Below are positions 18,508-28,189 of a stretch of 64,000 nt of DNA, in pieces. Numbering within the stretch: position 1 is the stretch's first letter; the number at the start of each line of letters is the position of its first letter. The DNA is from a virus, in IMG/VR virus record IMGVR_UViG_3300025459_000003, positions 1 to 64,000 of that record. One strand, 5' to 3'. Both the position numbers and the translations under genes were made by a program. Below the pieces are notes generated by a model that saw only the letters and a program-made list of their open reading frames with translations, made no database searches and was not told where the DNA came from.

Positions 18508-20286
18508 TTGAGGGAGTCTATGGCCTTTTCCCGCCCGCCGACAGTCATGTACCACGGCACTTCCGTACGTTCCTGGGAGCGGCATATCCCCGAAGGCACC
18601 TTGTTCCTTACCTCCAATTCCGAGGAGGCCCTTTATTTTGCGCTCGAAACCGCAAGGCATGACGAACACGAAGGGCGGAAGCCCGAGCCCATCGTGCTCG
18701 AAATCAAGTTTTCCGACCTAAGGGCCGGATCGGTCACACTCGAACCCGACTGGCTGGCCTACAACGAGACCGAGGAATCCCCCGACAATCCGACATGGGA
18801 AGACACCCTGAGCAAGTTTGGCACGTTTGCCATAAGCGGGAACGTCGAGGAATTGAAGGAGAAATTCAGGGTCGTAGAAAGGCCGGACTTTCGTAAGATG
18901 GGCTCCAGGATATGGGTCACCATACCGGTCCTGGTCCTCCGCCCGCCCTACACCAAGGTGGCGATCAGCCTCCCCGAGCTCATCCGGCAAACCAACGCGT
19001 TCTCGGTCAAGCGGCGGGCGGGATGCAATCCCACCCTCAAGAAGTCCCGGCCCAAGGACCTTTATTTGGAGTACAAGGTCGTCTGTCATGAGAACTACAG
19101 CGACCCCGCCGGGCACGACGTGCAGGTGCAGTTCGACCTCTCGCAGGTCGAGAAGACCCAGGACGCCAAGCGCCTCGACGTCCGGTGCTCGTGCAGTTGC
19201 CCCGCCTTCCTCTACTGGGGGGCGCAGTGGAACCTCCACCAGCGGGACGGGCTCCAGGGGCAGCCGCGCCCCCTCCTCCAGGCCCCGACGCAGAGGCTGG
19301 ATCTGCGGAACAACTTCGTCATCTGTAAGCACGTCAAGGCGGTGTTCGAGCGCATCCTGCCGGCCGTGCAACACAACATCGTCAACATCGTCAGGGAGCG
19401 CGAGGTGCGCCAGCAGAGGGAGCGCATGGAGCAGAAGCCCCCGACCGAGAAGGGCAAGCGCCTGAAGGAGAGGCAGGAGGAGCTCTGGAGGAAGAAGCAG
19501 ATAGAGAAGATCGTCAGGACCAAGGACGAGGAGAAGCAGAAGGCGATGATCGACGAGCTGGTCGAGAGGGAGGGCAAGCGCCTCCAGGAGGAGGAGGCCC
19601 CCCCTGTCCCGCCAGCCCCGGCCCCCGCGCCCCCTCCGGCGACCCCCGCACCCGCGCCTGCGCCCCCGGCAGCCGGGCCGGAGGAGGCAAAGGTCATCAA
19701 GAGGGACGAGCCCGCCACGGCAAGGCCTCCCGCCCCCCCTCCGGCACCCGCCGCACCGGCCCAGCCGAGCCTGCGCGACCTGGTCAGGCGGGAGGAAAGG
19801 AAGCTGCAGAAGGGCAAGAAGCCAGGATACCGCTACGTCTGCCCCTACGACGGGTTCAGGACGAACCTCCCCTGGAAGTTCAAGGAGCACCAGGAGGCCC
19901 ACGCCCCCCGAAAGGCGTCCTCCCGGGCCCCGGCAGGGGTCGGGGCACGGGAAAGGCTCAAGAATAGGCGTACGAGCTTGGAGGCGTCGCTGGTAGGCAT
20001 CGTGGGGGCCTCCTCGTCGGGGAAGGACGCCATGGGCACCCCGCAGGAGGTCGCCGACCTCATGGAGCGCCGCTCGTTCCAGGAAGAGGCCAGGCACGAC
20101 GACTATGCCATCTATTCCCGGCACGACGGGAAGATTTCCCTCACGGTGAGGTTCGAGGGCGGGAAGGTGAGGGACTCCACCCTGACGCTGATGTCGGGGG
20201 AGCGGGGCGAGGACCGCAAGGAGAGCGCCACCACCGAGGAAGGATTCGAGGGGGTCTGGCACGCCGCCCAGGCCTACGGGGACTAA
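18508..20286 (+). CDS. Polyvalent protein: ART-like domain, SWIM-like Zn finger, C2H2 finger
   Basis: MYHGTS...LFLTSNSEEALYFA...IVLEI (ADP-ribosyltransferase-fold pattern); CSCPAF...CKH; CPYDG...H...H. Confidence 0.6.
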   Translation: MRESMAFSRPPTVMYHGTSVRSWERHIPEGTLFLTSNSEEALYFALETARHDEHEGRKPEPIVLEIKFSDLRAGSVTLEPDWLAYNETEESPDNPTWEDTLSKFGTFAISGNVEELKEKFRVVERPDFRKMGSRIWVTIPVLVLRPPYTKVAISLPELIRQTNAFSVKRRAGCNPTLKKSRPKDLYLEYKVVCHENYSDPAGHDVQVQFDLSQVEKTQDAKRLDVRCSCSCPAFLYWGAQWNLHQRDGLQGQPRPLLQAPTQRLDLRNNFVICKHVKAVFERILPAVQHNIVNIVREREVRQQRERMEQKPPTEKGKRLKERQEELWRKKQIEKIVRTKDEEKQKAMIDELVEREGKRLQEEEAPPVPPAPAPAPPPATPAPAPAPPAAGPEEAKVIKRDEPATARPPAPPPAPAAPAQPSLRDLVRREERKLQKGKKPGYRYVCPYDGFRTNLPWKFKEHQEAHAPRKASSRAPAGVGARERLKNRRTSLEASLVGIVGASSSGKDAMGTPQEVADLMERRSFQEEARHDDYAIYSRHDGKISLTVRFEGGKVRDSTLTLMSGERGEDRKESATTEEGFEGVWHAAQAYGD

Positions 20287-20290
20287 GTAG

Positions 20291-20581
20291 ATGATAACCG
20301 TGCAGACCAACGGGCCGTACCCCAACCGCATACAGCTCCTCCTGGGGGACTGGGTGGGCCCGCTCGTCCGCCCCACGAGCCCGCCTGAGGCGTTCGACCC
20401 GTCCGTGGACCTGGAGGTGTACGTGGACGGGCTCCCCGTCCCCGTCTCCGCCTGGTTCTTCGACAGGATAAACAACCGGTACCTCCTGTTCACGGACAGG
20501 CCGATAAACCTCCGGGGGGTAATCCAGGTCATCCACCACATGCCGGACCCGCCGTTCCAGTATGGCGTGGCGATAGGGTAG
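20291..20581 (+). CDS. Hypothetical virion protein
   Basis: 96 aa ORF, tightly packed in the operon. Confidence 0.6.
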   Translation: MITVQTNGPYPNRIQLLLGDWVGPLVRPTSPPEAFDPSVDLEVYVDGLPVPVSAWFFDRINNRYLLFTDRPINLRGVIQVIHHMPDPPFQYGVAIG

Positions 20582-20588
20582 GGGGGAT

Positions 20589-22664
20589 ATGCTGGCATCC
20601 ATCGTACAACAGGCATACTACAGGCTCGGAGTTCCCGACACTTCCTCGTCCGGCGTCGTGATGGGGGCGGGCAACTTCACCTTTACGACCTCGGGCTCCG
20701 TCGCCTACGTGCCCGGCCAATGGGTGCGGATGAGCCTTGCCGCCGACTCCAGCATCTACATGGACGGCATCGTGACGGCCTACTCCGCGGGAAGCCTTTC
20801 GATCAGCGTCCCCAACTATCCCATCGTCGCCGTCGACGTGGGGGCCAAGACCTTCACCATAACGGGCGACTGCGTCGACTATCTCGCCTCCGTCAACGCC
20901 TATGCACAGGGCGGCGAGGCCTTCACCATCGACGGCGGCCCGAACCATGGATACCAAGTCGCGAAATCGGCGGCATTTTCGGGCGGCCAGACCATCGTAA
21001 CAGTAGGCAACACCCCAGGCAGCGGGTTGAGCGGCGGGGTAATCCAGACCTTTAGCGGCAGCGGGATTCAGACCGGATGGAACATCCTCACCCTGACCGC
21101 CACGCTGAACCTGCCCTCCGCCCCCACGCCGGGCAACGACCTGCTGCTCATCGTCGAGGGCAGGTATGCGGGCGACGGAAGCGGCGGGTTGCCGCTCTAT
21201 GGCTACACGACCCTCACCGGCCTCCAGGCGTCGATGCCCCCGTTCAGCAACGTCAAATCCTTCACCACCGACACCCCGACGGGGGCCTGGTTCGGCAGGC
21301 GCACCGTGCAGCCGGGGGACGGGGCCGCCTACACGGTCTCGATCCGCAACACGGGGGAGGAGCCCGAGGTCCAGACCACCCACATCCTGATCCTGGAGAT
21401 AGCGAACGTCGTCGCGGCCTCGGCCCAAGTGCTGTACGAGCTGGGAAGCTACGGCTCGACGGACGCCTCCGGGGCGAGCCAGGGCACCAGCGACGTCCGG
21501 ATCGTCTGCGCCCTGACGGGCGACGGCGCTACGATTGTCCTCTCCGGGACCGGGTACTCGCCCCTGCGGTACGTCTACGACAGGGCCGTGCCCGGCTCCT
21601 TCCTGTGCAGCGTCGGGATCGCCCACGCCACCGATGGGCAGGCCCCCTTCACGATGACCTTCGGGGACGCCCCGGTCCACGGGGGGGAGAACACGCAGAC
21701 GGGCTATCAGGCGTGGATAGCGGAATACCTCGCCAAGACCCCCACGACCACGACGGTCGGCACCAGCCAAACCCCGTCCCTAGACGGGCACAGCGTCACC
21801 CTCACCGTGACGGTCGCCGGTAGCGGCGGCCCCCCCACCGGGACGGTGACGCTGACCGACAGCCTCGGCAGCATCGCGCCGCAGACCCTCAGCCTCGTGG
21901 GCGGGGTCGCAACCTACAGCACGAGCGCCCTGTCCATCGGCATCCATACCATGGGCGCGGCCTACAACGGCGACGGCGCGTTCGCCACAAGCTCGGGAAA
22001 CGTGGTGCAGGAAGTGGACAGCCTGTACCCCACGTTCCTTGCCATAAGCAGCGACTACAACCCCCAGTTCTTCGGGGACGAGGTCACCCTCACCTTTGCC
22101 GTCACGTCGTCGTCCGGCGTGCCGGCCGGCACCGTGGACGTTTCCGACAGCATAATGGGGGACCTCGGGCCGTTCCCCCTGATCGACGGCGTCGTCGCGC
22201 TCGTCATGGACATGGCGCACCCCTGGGCGGTGGACAGCCACCTCTTCGCCGCCGTCTATGGCGGGGACGGCACCCATGCCGGAAGCAGTTCCGGCCTCGT
22301 GCAGCTCATCCTTACGGCGAGCGGGCTCTTCCCGCTGGACCTGCCGGGCTTTGCGGTCATGGCGTCCTACGACGAGGAGGGCGACGTAAACCTCCCTCCA
22401 TGGGCGAGCTTCTCCGCCGTCCCCTCCATGGCCAGCCCGCTCCAGCCGGTGTACGTCCTCTGGACCAGCGTCAACGTGGCCAAGGTCCGCATATCCGGCA
22501 CGAACGGCATCGACACCCTGGATACGGGCAACCTTTTCACCACGGGGTCCGGGACCTACGAGGTGGCGTCCGGCTTCCACGACACGATAACCCTGAATTG
22601 CGCCGCCTACGACTCGTCGGGGAACGCCGTGGCCACGCAAAGCCTGCAAGTGACGGTGGCATAG
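20589..22664 (+). CDS. Ig-like (Big_3-type) repeat virion protein
   Basis: Two repeats TTTTV...VTLTVTV...PTGTVT...YxGD; Ser/Thr/Gly-rich. Confidence 0.7.
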   Translation: MLASIVQQAYYRLGVPDTSSSGVVMGAGNFTFTTSGSVAYVPGQWVRMSLAADSSIYMDGIVTAYSAGSLSISVPNYPIVAVDVGAKTFTITGDCVDYLASVNAYAQGGEAFTIDGGPNHGYQVAKSAAFSGGQTIVTVGNTPGSGLSGGVIQTFSGSGIQTGWNILTLTATLNLPSAPTPGNDLLLIVEGRYAGDGSGGLPLYGYTTLTGLQASMPPFSNVKSFTTDTPTGAWFGRRTVQPGDGAAYTVSIRNTGEEPEVQTTHILILEIANVVAASAQVLYELGSYGSTDASGASQGTSDVRIVCALTGDGATIVLSGTGYSPLRYVYDRAVPGSFLCSVGIAHATDGQAPFTMTFGDAPVHGGENTQTGYQAWIAEYLAKTPTTTTVGTSQTPSLDGHSVTLTVTVAGSGGPPTGTVTLTDSLGSIAPQTLSLVGGVATYSTSALSIGIHTMGAAYNGDGAFATSSGNVVQEVDSLYPTFLAISSDYNPQFFGDEVTLTFAVTSSSGVPAGTVDVSDSIMGDLGPFPLIDGVVALVMDMAHPWAVDSHLFAAVYGGDGTHAGSSSGLVQLILTASGLFPLDLPGFAVMASYDEEGDVNLPPWASFSAVPSMASPLQPVYVLWTSVNVAKVRISGTNGIDTLDTGNLFTTGSGTYEVASGFHDTITLNCAAYDSSGNAVATQSLQVTVA

Positions 22665-22757
22665 GGTGGAAACCAGTCTACGGCATCCCTTTATAGGGCA
22701 AGACTGCCCGTGCTGCGCAGGCCCGCGAGGCCCCGGCAGCCGAAACAGGAGAGCAAA

Positions 22758-22979
22758 ATGTCCAAGAAGATAGCAAAGGTCGACGCGGAGGCGATGAACT
22801 CCCTCTACGGGTCGGAGCTGGCCAAGGTCGGGGTCAAGCTGGCGACCGACAAGGAAGGCCCCAAGGATCCCCAGGCGTTCGAGGATCACAGCGACTACCT
22901 GTCGACCATGGAGGCCGTCCTGAGCGAGTCCAAGAACGTCGGGGGCTCCCACGACCCCAACGACAAAGTCAAGGACTAG
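22758..22979 (+). CDS. Small protein with K-x-A motifs
   Basis: AGGAGAG RBS, MSKKIAKV..., late promoter at 22676-22697. Confidence 0.6.
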   Translation: MSKKIAKVDAEAMNSLYGSELAKVGVKLATDKEGPKDPQAFEDHSDYLSTMEAVLSESKNVGGSHDPNDKVKD

Positions 22980-22994
22980 CTGGCGAGGGCCCAC

Positions 22995-24476
22995 ATGGTT
23001 TCCCGCAAGACGGCGGAATCCCGCCTCATCGTCCCCGGGCGCATCGTCGGATCGACCGACGGCCGGGTGTTCCTCGTCCTGTCCAGCGTCGCCACGAAGG
23101 ACGGGCTGAGCTTCAAGCTCGCGGATTTGGACGGCGGGCCGGTCGACGCCACGGGGTTCGATCCCGTGCCGCCCCAGTTCGTCCGCTTGGCGTCCATGCT
23201 CCGCCTCGGGTTCGACAGGAACATAGACGAATATGTGAAGACATACATACGCGAGGCGGGCCTGCCCGTCGACGACAAGATGAACTGGGCGAGCTTCATC
23301 TATACGACCCTGAGGTCGAAGGCGGGGACGTTCAACGAGGACATCATAGACGACGCCATCCGGGAGATCGTCATCAGGGTGCTGGGGAGCCGGAAGTTCC
23401 TCAGTCCGTCCAAGTTCAAGCACGTCCTGGAAAATTTCGCCGCCTCCCCAGAGCATCCCGGCTTCGACAAGCTCCCGCTCGTCAAGCAGGTCACCCAGGT
23501 CCTCAAGAGCCACTTCAACAGCAGGGGCAGCGAGATGAGGCGGGTCGTCAGGTACCTGGAGGACAGGGGGAAGCCCTCCGATGAGCTCTCCCAGAGCAAT
23601 TTCCTGACCGTCACTCCGGAAGACGGCCCATCTCCCATCGAGACTTCCGAGCATGCCACCGGCACCCGGGACTTCGAGCAGGCCGAGGAGGCCGTGGAGA
23701 TGGGGGACTACACCGGACGCTCCAAGAACGTGACCATCGGAAGGTTCGCCAACGGGTTCAGGGAATGGCTCCTCAAGAGGGAACGCCTCCCGGTCGTAAG
23801 GCAGACCATGCGCCTCCTCAGCATCCTGCACGAGGGGACCCAGGCGCACGGGATGGTTCCCAAGCTGGACGACATCGAAAGGAGATGGACGTACCTCCAG
23901 AACAGGGACGACAGCAGCAAGAACCGCCTTGCCGTCGACAAGCCGAGGCTGGTCACGGAACGGGGCCAAGTGCTGGACGACGCCCAGAAGGCGCTGGTGA
24001 AGCGCTACAGGGACGAGGCCACCCGCAATGGCCTCAACGCCAAGGAACTGGGCATAATCAACGGGCTTGGCAGGGTCATTGAGCTTCCTTCCATGAAGGA
24101 GCTTCTGTTCGGCCTGCCCATCGTAATGGAGACGTACGTCAGGACGCATTTTCACGGGCAGGAGAGCGTCCTTCCCCTCCTCGTCCGCACCCTGGTGAAA
24201 ATCGGCGAGGAGAAGCGGCAGAAAAAGCTGGAGGAATCCGGGAGGGACCGGGCGGAGAGGGCAAAGGTGAAGGAGGAGGGCGCGGAAGCTCCTCCCGTCC
24301 CGCCTTCCGAACCCAAGACCTCCGCCCAGAAAGGGCGGTGGGTGCCGCCCAAGTGCCGCGGCTGCGGCGGCGGCGAGGACCTCAAGGCGTGCCCCGAGTG
24401 CAAGGGGAACTTCTGCATGCTCTGCATGCGGGACCACCACGCCAACAACCCGGGCCACGACGGGGTGGGGAGATAG
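22995..24476 (+). CDS. Hypothetical multidomain protein (helical core, C-terminal Zn finger)
   Basis: 493 aa; starts MVSRKTA; C-terminal CRGC...CPEC...CMLC..HH. Confidence 0.6.
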   Translation: MVSRKTAESRLIVPGRIVGSTDGRVFLVLSSVATKDGLSFKLADLDGGPVDATGFDPVPPQFVRLASMLRLGFDRNIDEYVKTYIREAGLPVDDKMNWASFIYTTLRSKAGTFNEDIIDDAIREIVIRVLGSRKFLSPSKFKHVLENFAASPEHPGFDKLPLVKQVTQVLKSHFNSRGSEMRRVVRYLEDRGKPSDELSQSNFLTVTPEDGPSPIETSEHATGTRDFEQAEEAVEMGDYTGRSKNVTIGRFANGFREWLLKRERLPVVRQTMRLLSILHEGTQAHGMVPKLDDIERRWTYLQNRDDSSKNRLAVDKPRLVTERGQVLDDAQKALVKRYRDEATRNGLNAKELGIINGLGRVIELPSMKELLFGLPIVMETYVRTHFHGQESVLPLLVRTLVKIGEEKRQKKLEESGRDRAERAKVKEEGAEAPPVPPSEPKTSAQKGRWVPPKCRGCGGGEDLKACPECKGNFCMLCMRDHHANNPGHDGVGR

Positions 24477-24477
24477 C

Positions 24478-26388
24478 ATGCCGATCCTGGACATGATGGT
24501 CTCCCGCACCGAGTCGTTCACGTCCTTCACCCCGGAAAGCAGGAGGGGCCGGGAGTGGCTCGCCGACATGTTCGGCCTGGACGAATGGAGGCGCGAGAAC
24601 GGGGGCTCGGAGCTGGTCAAGGCGGAATACACCGACCGAGTCATCGAGGCGATGCGCGAATATGGCCTGACCGTCGCCACGCAGGAGGAGCTGACGACCC
24701 CGGGATGGGCGAAGGAGCACGGGATCACGCACGAGGAGCCCGGTGGGCGGCCCATTGAGGTAGAGGATCAGGGTATTACTCCAGAGGAGGAACTGGAGAT
24801 GATCAGGAAGGGAATCGTGGCCCCGCCCGGAAAGAGGGCGGCGACCCCGCCCCCGGCAGGGCGGTCGCTGTACCCCGAGGGCGATCCAGCGGCCGACGTC
24901 AAGGCCGACCCGTGGGGCATGCTCAGCGAGGTCACGAGCCAGCCCGACGACGACGACGACGAGCCGGGAAGCACGCCGAAAAGGCCGCTGAGGCACACGA
25001 TAGAGCCGGAGATACCAGGGGGGCCATACCACATGACGGGAGCGGAGAAGAAGGCATCCACGGGCCATAACTGCGAGTTCGTGGAGTGGCAGCCCGGGCA
25101 ATGGTATTACGTCCTCGAAGACTATGGCTCCTCCAAGGATGCGTGGGACTGGAGGGAGAACGCCAGGGCATACGGGCCATTCGGTTCCGAGGGGGAGGCA
25201 CACCGGCATCTGGCCGACAACCATCCGAACCCCGGGGGAAGCTCCACCGTCCGCTACAGCCCCGAGCTCGGAAAGGACAAGGTCCTGCAAGAATTGATGT
25301 CCAAGGCCGGGAAGGGCGGCACCAACTTCGTATCCTGGGCATCCAAGAAGGCCAAGGACGCCTACTGCGACGCCTGCGACCGCCCGGAGTCCCAGTGCGT
25401 ATGCAGCCCGTGCCATTGCGACCTGACCAGGACGGCATCCGCAAGGAACAAGCGGGCCACAAGCACCACCTCGCCCGCCTTCACCGAGGCGCTCTGGGAG
25501 GCCAAGACGCAGGCGAGGAAGCTGAACCGCACCGTGGGAGTATTCGAGACGCCGGAGGGGTTCTATGCCAGGGAGGTGAACCTCCGGTCAGACCCGATTG
25601 GCAACATGCTGGCCGTCGCCTATCCCTCGGGCAGGGTCATAAGCCAGGACACGCTGAAGACGGGCGGCGGAAAACCAAGGCCAGCGAATACCAAACCCAT
25701 AGTAGGAGCCGCAAAGGCGGCGGAGGACAACATGGCAAAGAAATCGTCGAGGGAAGCGCTCAGGGAGAAGGTCGCCGAGATGGCCAAGGAAAGAAGGGCC
25801 CGCGAGTACGGCCGGATGAGGGAGGTGGCGGCAAAGGAGCCGAAGAAGGTGGCGGACGCCATCGGGGAGCTTTCCCAGTCCCTCCAGGTCATGGGGAGTT
25901 CCCTGTCCTATCTGAGGGAGAACCTGGACCTTGCGGTGCCCAGGTCCGCCTCACTGAGGGAGCGCATCGCCTCTCGGAAGAAGTACGCCGCCGAGTTCCG
26001 ACGCCTCGCCGAAGAGGACCCGGAGAAGATAGCGGGTGCCATCGTCGAGCTCTACCGCTCGCTGGACGAGATAGCGGCCGGCGTGGAGAACCTGGCGAGC
26101 AACCTGGGGGTCGAGCTGCCGGAGCCCGGAGAGGACGAGGGCCTCCCAGAGGAGGGGGCCGGGACGGAAGGCGGGGCCGCAGAGGAGCCCGAGTACCAGA
26201 AAAAGGAAGGGGAGGATGGACACGAGGGCACCGCAGGCGACGACGGCAATGAAATAAAGGAAATCATCGGCAAGGAAGCCACCGGATCGGCGGGCTTCGT
26301 GACCGACCGCGACCAGAAGGCCGAGCCCAAAGGGGTGGAAAAGGCGGAGATTCCCCAGTCCCAGGGCGAGGCCGCCATCAAGGCCTAG
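24478..26388 (+). CDS. Polyvalent putative head-associated protein
   Basis: 636 aa mosaic; KKAS, RTAS, KRAT, KEAT boundaries; duplicated helical repeat; FVTDRD motif; internal start at 25732. Confidence 0.6.
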   Translation: MPILDMMVSRTESFTSFTPESRRGREWLADMFGLDEWRRENGGSELVKAEYTDRVIEAMREYGLTVATQEELTTPGWAKEHGITHEEPGGRPIEVEDQGITPEEELEMIRKGIVAPPGKRAATPPPAGRSLYPEGDPAADVKADPWGMLSEVTSQPDDDDDEPGSTPKRPLRHTIEPEIPGGPYHMTGAEKKASTGHNCEFVEWQPGQWYYVLEDYGSSKDAWDWRENARAYGPFGSEGEAHRHLADNHPNPGGSSTVRYSPELGKDKVLQELMSKAGKGGTNFVSWASKKAKDAYCDACDRPESQCVCSPCHCDLTRTASARNKRATSTTSPAFTEALWEAKTQARKLNRTVGVFETPEGFYAREVNLRSDPIGNMLAVAYPSGRVISQDTLKTGGGKPRPANTKPIVGAAKAAEDNMAKKSSREALREKVAEMAKERRAREYGRMREVAAKEPKKVADAIGELSQSLQVMGSSLSYLRENLDLAVPRSASLRERIASRKKYAAEFRRLAEEDPEKIAGAIVELYRSLDEIAAGVENLASNLGVELPEPGEDEGLPEEGAGTEGGAAEEPEYQKKEGEDGHEGTAGDDGNEIKEIIGKEATGSAGFVTDRDQKAEPKGVEKAEIPQSQGEAAIKA

Positions 26389-26403
26389 TACGGAAACGAG
26401 GCT

Positions 26404-27270
26404 CTATTTGAGTCCGTCCTCGACCCGGGAAAGAAGCAGTCTTTTGTATTTGTTGCAGAGGTGCGTGGTGATGAAAGTGCCTCCGACCTTGATGTAGTCC
26501 TCTGGTGCCGAAGGCCATGTTTGTTGAAATTCCTCAAGGCTGGAGAAGATTCCGGTGACCTTGCCCGCCAAGTTGAGCAGCCCGCCCGGTTTCTTTTCGT
26601 CAAGCTTCCTTAGCTCAGTTTCCCAAGCCCTGGTATAGGGTGCGCCACGGGCTTCGGTCTCTTCGGCCTTCCGTTCCTCGCGTGCTTTCGGTTCTTCGTT
26701 TTCGACGAACGTCATGTAGGCGTCCCACGAGTAAGCGAAGCATGGGGTCGAGTCCGAAGCATCGGGCGTGTATACAACCCACTCGGAGGGATTCTTGAGG
26801 ATTTCAAGGATGGGATAAGTTTATGATTTTGCGGTATTTATGAATTCTACTACTTCAGGATCATGAGAAACCGATTCTATGAAGGCGATCATGCACAGAT
26901 CGCAGTAGAGGACGGGCACTGGGTCCACACATGGGCGAGCAAGCTTGGCGGGCCTGCCGCAAACCGTGCCATCGGCCCTGACGTTCTTGCACCAGCCCCC
27001 GTAAGCATAGAATGCATACTCGTAGCCACGGTAATGCTTTTCTACATATTCGTAGAGAAGGCGGCCTCGTTCGGTATGTTCTTCGCAGAAGAAAGCATAG
27101 CCATCGGGGGAACAAGCAATGCTCGTTGGCTCTTTACCGCATCCGCAGCGAGCCGCAGAATGGAAGCACCCAGCGCACAGTGGGGCCGGGGGGTTGCTTC
27201 GACACATATGTGGGATGGAATAGGCGGGCGTTCCTCCACAGAGGACACAGACAATCGGTTGTTTGATCAT
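26404..27270 (-). pseudogene. Cys-rich gene split by a single in-frame TAA
   Basis: ORF 27270-26821 stops at TAA (26821-26823), but the same frame continues stop-free (TYPILEILKNPSEW...AYMTFVENEE) to 26404; lower GC than flanks. Confidence 0.6.
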
Positions 27271-27456
27271 TTTTGATTTCCGGTAGTAGTATACCCAATG
27301 TTGAGGAAAAAATGGAAGGTTTTAATAATGCTCATGGGCTTCGTGACCGACCGGGGCGAGGCCGCCATCAGGACATCATAGCCGATCCGCCCGGCCCCCT
27401 TGCAACCCCACGGGGCCGGGCACCATCAAACCACCGAGATTGCACGGAGGCAACCC

Positions 27457-28179
27457 ATGAAGAGATTCGTAGCTGTACTGACGGCGCTGCTCGTTTCCGC
27501 CGTTCCCCTGCCCGCCCAGCGCAACGCTGGGCGAGGCTCGTCTGCGCCCGCTTCCGCCCCGCGTTCGTCGGGCACCCACTATTCGTCCGGGGGGCGTTCC
27601 GCCCCCGCCCCGTCCCGCAATTACGCCCCCTCCCGTAATTATGCCCCGCCCCGCAACTATGCCCGGCTCGGCGGCCAGGCCCGCGGCATTTCCCCGGCCC
27701 GCTACGCCGCCCGGTTCGGCCCGGCGCACCCATTCCGCCCCTGGCATGGCGTCCGTCCCGGCCCATGGGGGCACGGATGGGGGCATGGCTGGGGACATCC
27801 GTGGTTCTGGTACGGCGGGCTCTACTGGGGGTTCGCCTTCTGGCCCTACGAGGTCGGGCCTTACTTCTGGGGATATGACGACCCAATCTACATCGTGGTG
27901 GAGGACGGGAACTACTACGCCTGCGATACGCTGCATCCCGACCAGAAGGTGGGCGTCGCGCCCGGGCAGGGCGAGGGCACCGGCTGGGTCAGGATAGAGG
28001 ACAAGGCATACGGCGACCCCGTCTACATCGACGGGGGGCTGGCCGGGCAGACCGGGGACCTGAAGGAGTTCAGGCTGCCCGCCGGGCCGCATACCATAGA
28101 GGTCAAGGGAAAGAGGTACCTCGGGGAGGACGTCACGGTCGTCGCCGACCACGTGCTCGTGGTCGAGGTGCCGGACTAG
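27457..28179 (+). CDS. Secreted PEGA-domain protein
   Basis: Signal peptide MKRFVAVLTALLVSAVPLPAQ; RNYAP and WGHG repeats; C-terminal VYIDG...LPAGPHTIEVK PEGA-like motif; GGAGG RBS. Confidence 0.7.
   Translation: MKRFVAVLTALLVSAVPLPAQRNAGRGSSAPASAPRSSGTHYSSGGRSAPAPSRNYAPSRNYAPPRNYARLGGQARGISPARYAARFGPAHPFRPWHGVRPGPWGHGWGHGWGHPWFWYGGLYWGFAFWPYEVGPYFWGYDDPIYIVVEDGNYYACDTLHPDQKVGVAPGQGEGTGWVRIEDKAYGDPVYIDGGLAGQTGDLKEFRLPAGPHTIEVKGKRYLGEDVTVVADHVLVVEVPD
27616..27663 (+). repeat. 18-bp imperfect tandem repeat (RNYAPS x3)
   Basis: cgcaattacgccccctcc / cgtaattatgccccgccc / cgcaactatgcc. Confidence 0.6.
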
Positions 28180-28189
28180 GCATTGAGGC

